A stretch of 64,000 nt of DNA from Podarcis erhardii (taxonomy: Eukaryota). The DNA is taken from NCBI GenBank assembly GCA_964252035.1, contig OZ176200.1. The stretch is one strand, 5' to 3'. A program made the translations under genes and the position numbers. The notes beneath the pieces were generated by a model, which searched no databases, was not told the DNA's origin, and saw only the letters and a list, made by a program, of their open reading frames with translations. Below, one piece after another: positions 61,901 to 64,000 of this stretch; the first letter of the stretch is position 1; every line of letters starts with the position of its first letter.

Positions 61901-63574
61901 GTTCTATTAAATACTTGTTATGATCTGAACTGTTTTAAAGGTTGTACACAATCACATCATTGCAAGGCATCCTGAGTCCTTAAGAGGGGGATGAGCGGGG
62001 TAAAAATCTTACAAATAAAGAAAAATAAAATAAACCATTTACAGAAATGGTTCCAAAATATTTCAGACAGAGCCAAGTTACTTTAAGGTCCATCCCAGGC
62101 TAAGAAGGATTTTTTAGTATGTGAAGATGCCCTGTCTGAATTAGTCCATTATGCACAGTATCAGTGATAGTGACTCTCTGTGGTTGTGACATTCTTAAGT
62201 GGAGCTGCTTTATATCACTTGGAGAATTGCGATAATTATTAGTACTGTACTACTTTTTATGCAGAACAATGAAATGCTTGAAGTGACCCTAAGAATAGAT
62301 ACAGTATGGTGCTTCTGGTTAGGTGAAAGAGAAAACGGGATTACAGAATACTACCAGCAATTCTTAGACTCTCAACAGTGAAAGCTCTGAATAGGTTGAG
62401 TGAGCGCATCTCATGATGAGTTTGGGTTTCATCCTGCCTCACGGGAGGCAAACCTCTGAAGCCCTGATCCCAAAGATTCAATGATCCTAAAAATTAAGGC
62501 AAATCAGCTGAAGGGTAATAATACAAAGTAAAAGGGAGGAGGGACTTGAGTGCCAGCTGCTGTGAGGGCAGTTTCAACACTCATAATGGTTCCTCGCCCC
62601 CTCTTCGCTGTTAAAACTCCAACTTCAGAATTCTGCCACCCCACCAGGGGGAAAGAAAGCCTCAGACTATGAGAAAGGGATCTGAATATCCAGAGGCGAA
62701 AGCAGGCGGAATTAATGATAGAATAATATTCCAAGGGCTGTTTAATTAAACCACTTTTGTTAATAATGCAGTGCAGAGGATCTGTGTTATGTAATTAAAG
62801 ATAGTACATTGGTAAATGATAACTATGCAAATCCAAGTCATAAAATTTAAATGTGATTGGTGTTAAACTTAATGCAAGAGGGAACAGAAAGCCAAGTGAA
62901 ATGAGATTCTGAGTTATTTCTTCCAACTATAAATGTTAATCAAAATTTAGCAACAGGATGTGATGAGTGTTGGTTAAATATCAAGTGTTTTAACCATAAT
63001 TTAAAATATCAACTTAGTATTAGTTTGCTTTGGTCACCATTTTCTTCCACAGAGTCATTGGCTTGCATGTTTCCTGAGAGTTTTCAACATTTTGCTGATT
63101 CCATTAATCTGGCTACCACATTTCAGGGTAATTCTCTGGCAATGAATAGTCTCAGCTATCTATATGAGGTTCTTCGCGGTGTCTTAATATGCTCCTTTTT
63201 AAAGCAGAGTGGAAAGACATTGACAAACAGCATCAGGAGCAACTTTAAAAATAAAAAATAAAGGCTCCCATCTGCACTGTGCACTGAAAGCAGTACCACA
63301 GCACTTTAAAAAGTTGCTACTTCCTCCCAGGATTTATGGGAATCTTAGTTTATTAAGGCTGCTGAAAATCATTAGGAGACCCCTATTCCCCTAACAGACC
63401 TACAATTCTCAGAGAACTGAGAAAAGGGATTGACTGTTAAACCATTCAGATTGTTCTTACTAAAAACATGCCAATGCTGCTTTTGAGTGTGAGGTTCGAT
63501 GGGGGGGAAATGCATACACAAAATGCATTGAAAATTCTGCACTGGTGCATAGAGCTTATTTTCTCCTGCTCTAG

Positions 63575-63840
63575 AGGCTAGGACCCAAAGTAATGAATTC
63601 AAGTTGTAAGAAAGGAGAGTTCAACCACCAGGAAGAGCTTTCTCACAGTGGTAGCTGTTGGACAGTGGAACGGGCTCCCTTGGAAGGTTTTACTCTCTCC
63701 TTCTTTGGAGATTTTTAAGCAGATGTTGGATGGCCATCTGTCATGGATGCTTTAGTTGAGATTCCTGCATTGCAGGGGGTTAGACTAATGACCCTTGGGA
63801 CCCTTCCAACCTTACAATTCTATGATTCTGTAGTTCTATG
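63575..63840 (+). mobile_element. CR1 LINE 3' fragment
   Basis: ORF2-end motif (SFLTVVAVGQWNGLP...FKQMLDGHLSWML*) followed by the attcctgcattgcaggggg...ttctatgattct tail. Confidence 0.88.
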
Positions 63841-63859
63841 TTTGTCTTCCTCCTTCCAC

Positions 63860-64000
63860 TATCAGGGGTCTTCCAATGAAGCTGAATGCTGGAAGGTTCA
63901 GGACAGACAGAAGGAAGTAGTTCATGCAGGGTATGCTCATGAGATGTTGGCCACCAACTTGGAGAATTAGGCAAATTCAGGGAGGACAATGCTATCAATT
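63860..64000 (+). mobile_element. Second CR1-type 3' fragment (another subfamily; runs off the window end)
   Basis: ggggtcttccaatgaagctgaatgctggaaggttcaggacagac ... tggccaccaacttgga ... ttaggcaaattcagggagga. Confidence 0.6.

Overview
Vertebrate genomic DNA from a squamate reptile, most likely a lacertid lizard (inferred from Podarcis-type Sauria SINEs, Squam3-type SINEs, and BovB, L2, CR1, L1 and Penelope relics). The one recognisable protein-coding gene is SPOPL (speckle-type BTB/POZ protein-like, a MATH-BTB-BACK Cullin-3 adaptor) on the + strand. It has a CpG-island promoter at about 21.3-22.0 kb, a non-coding exon 1 whose donor I could not resolve, and ten coding exons at 35532-48946 with GT-AG junctions. 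These add up to 1179 nt (392 aa plus stop), followed by a roughly 4.45 kb 3' UTR ending near an AATAAA at 53397. The rest is intergenic or intronic DNA with many transposon relics and one 207-N assembly gap. I found no CRISPR array, true tRNA/rRNA gene or second gene, and I cannot support a wholly new biological system. The best leads are: (i) a perfect 22-nt tandem duplication of the SPOPL exon 8 splice donor, in the same intron as a young sense-oriented L1 with its own polyA signal; (ii) the SPOPL-specific 18-aa insertion encoded by one frame-neutral 54-nt exon; (iii) an RTE retroelement reduced to its 5' end fused to its 3' end between target-site-like repeats; (iv) a Penelope insertion forming a 122-bp palindrome centred on a hammerhead stem II; (v) a young MITE carrying a 24-bp minisatellite with strictly alternating variants; (vi) clustered miR-23 and miR-30 seed matches in the 3' UTR. 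Repeat-family names come from recalled consensus motifs, not database searches.
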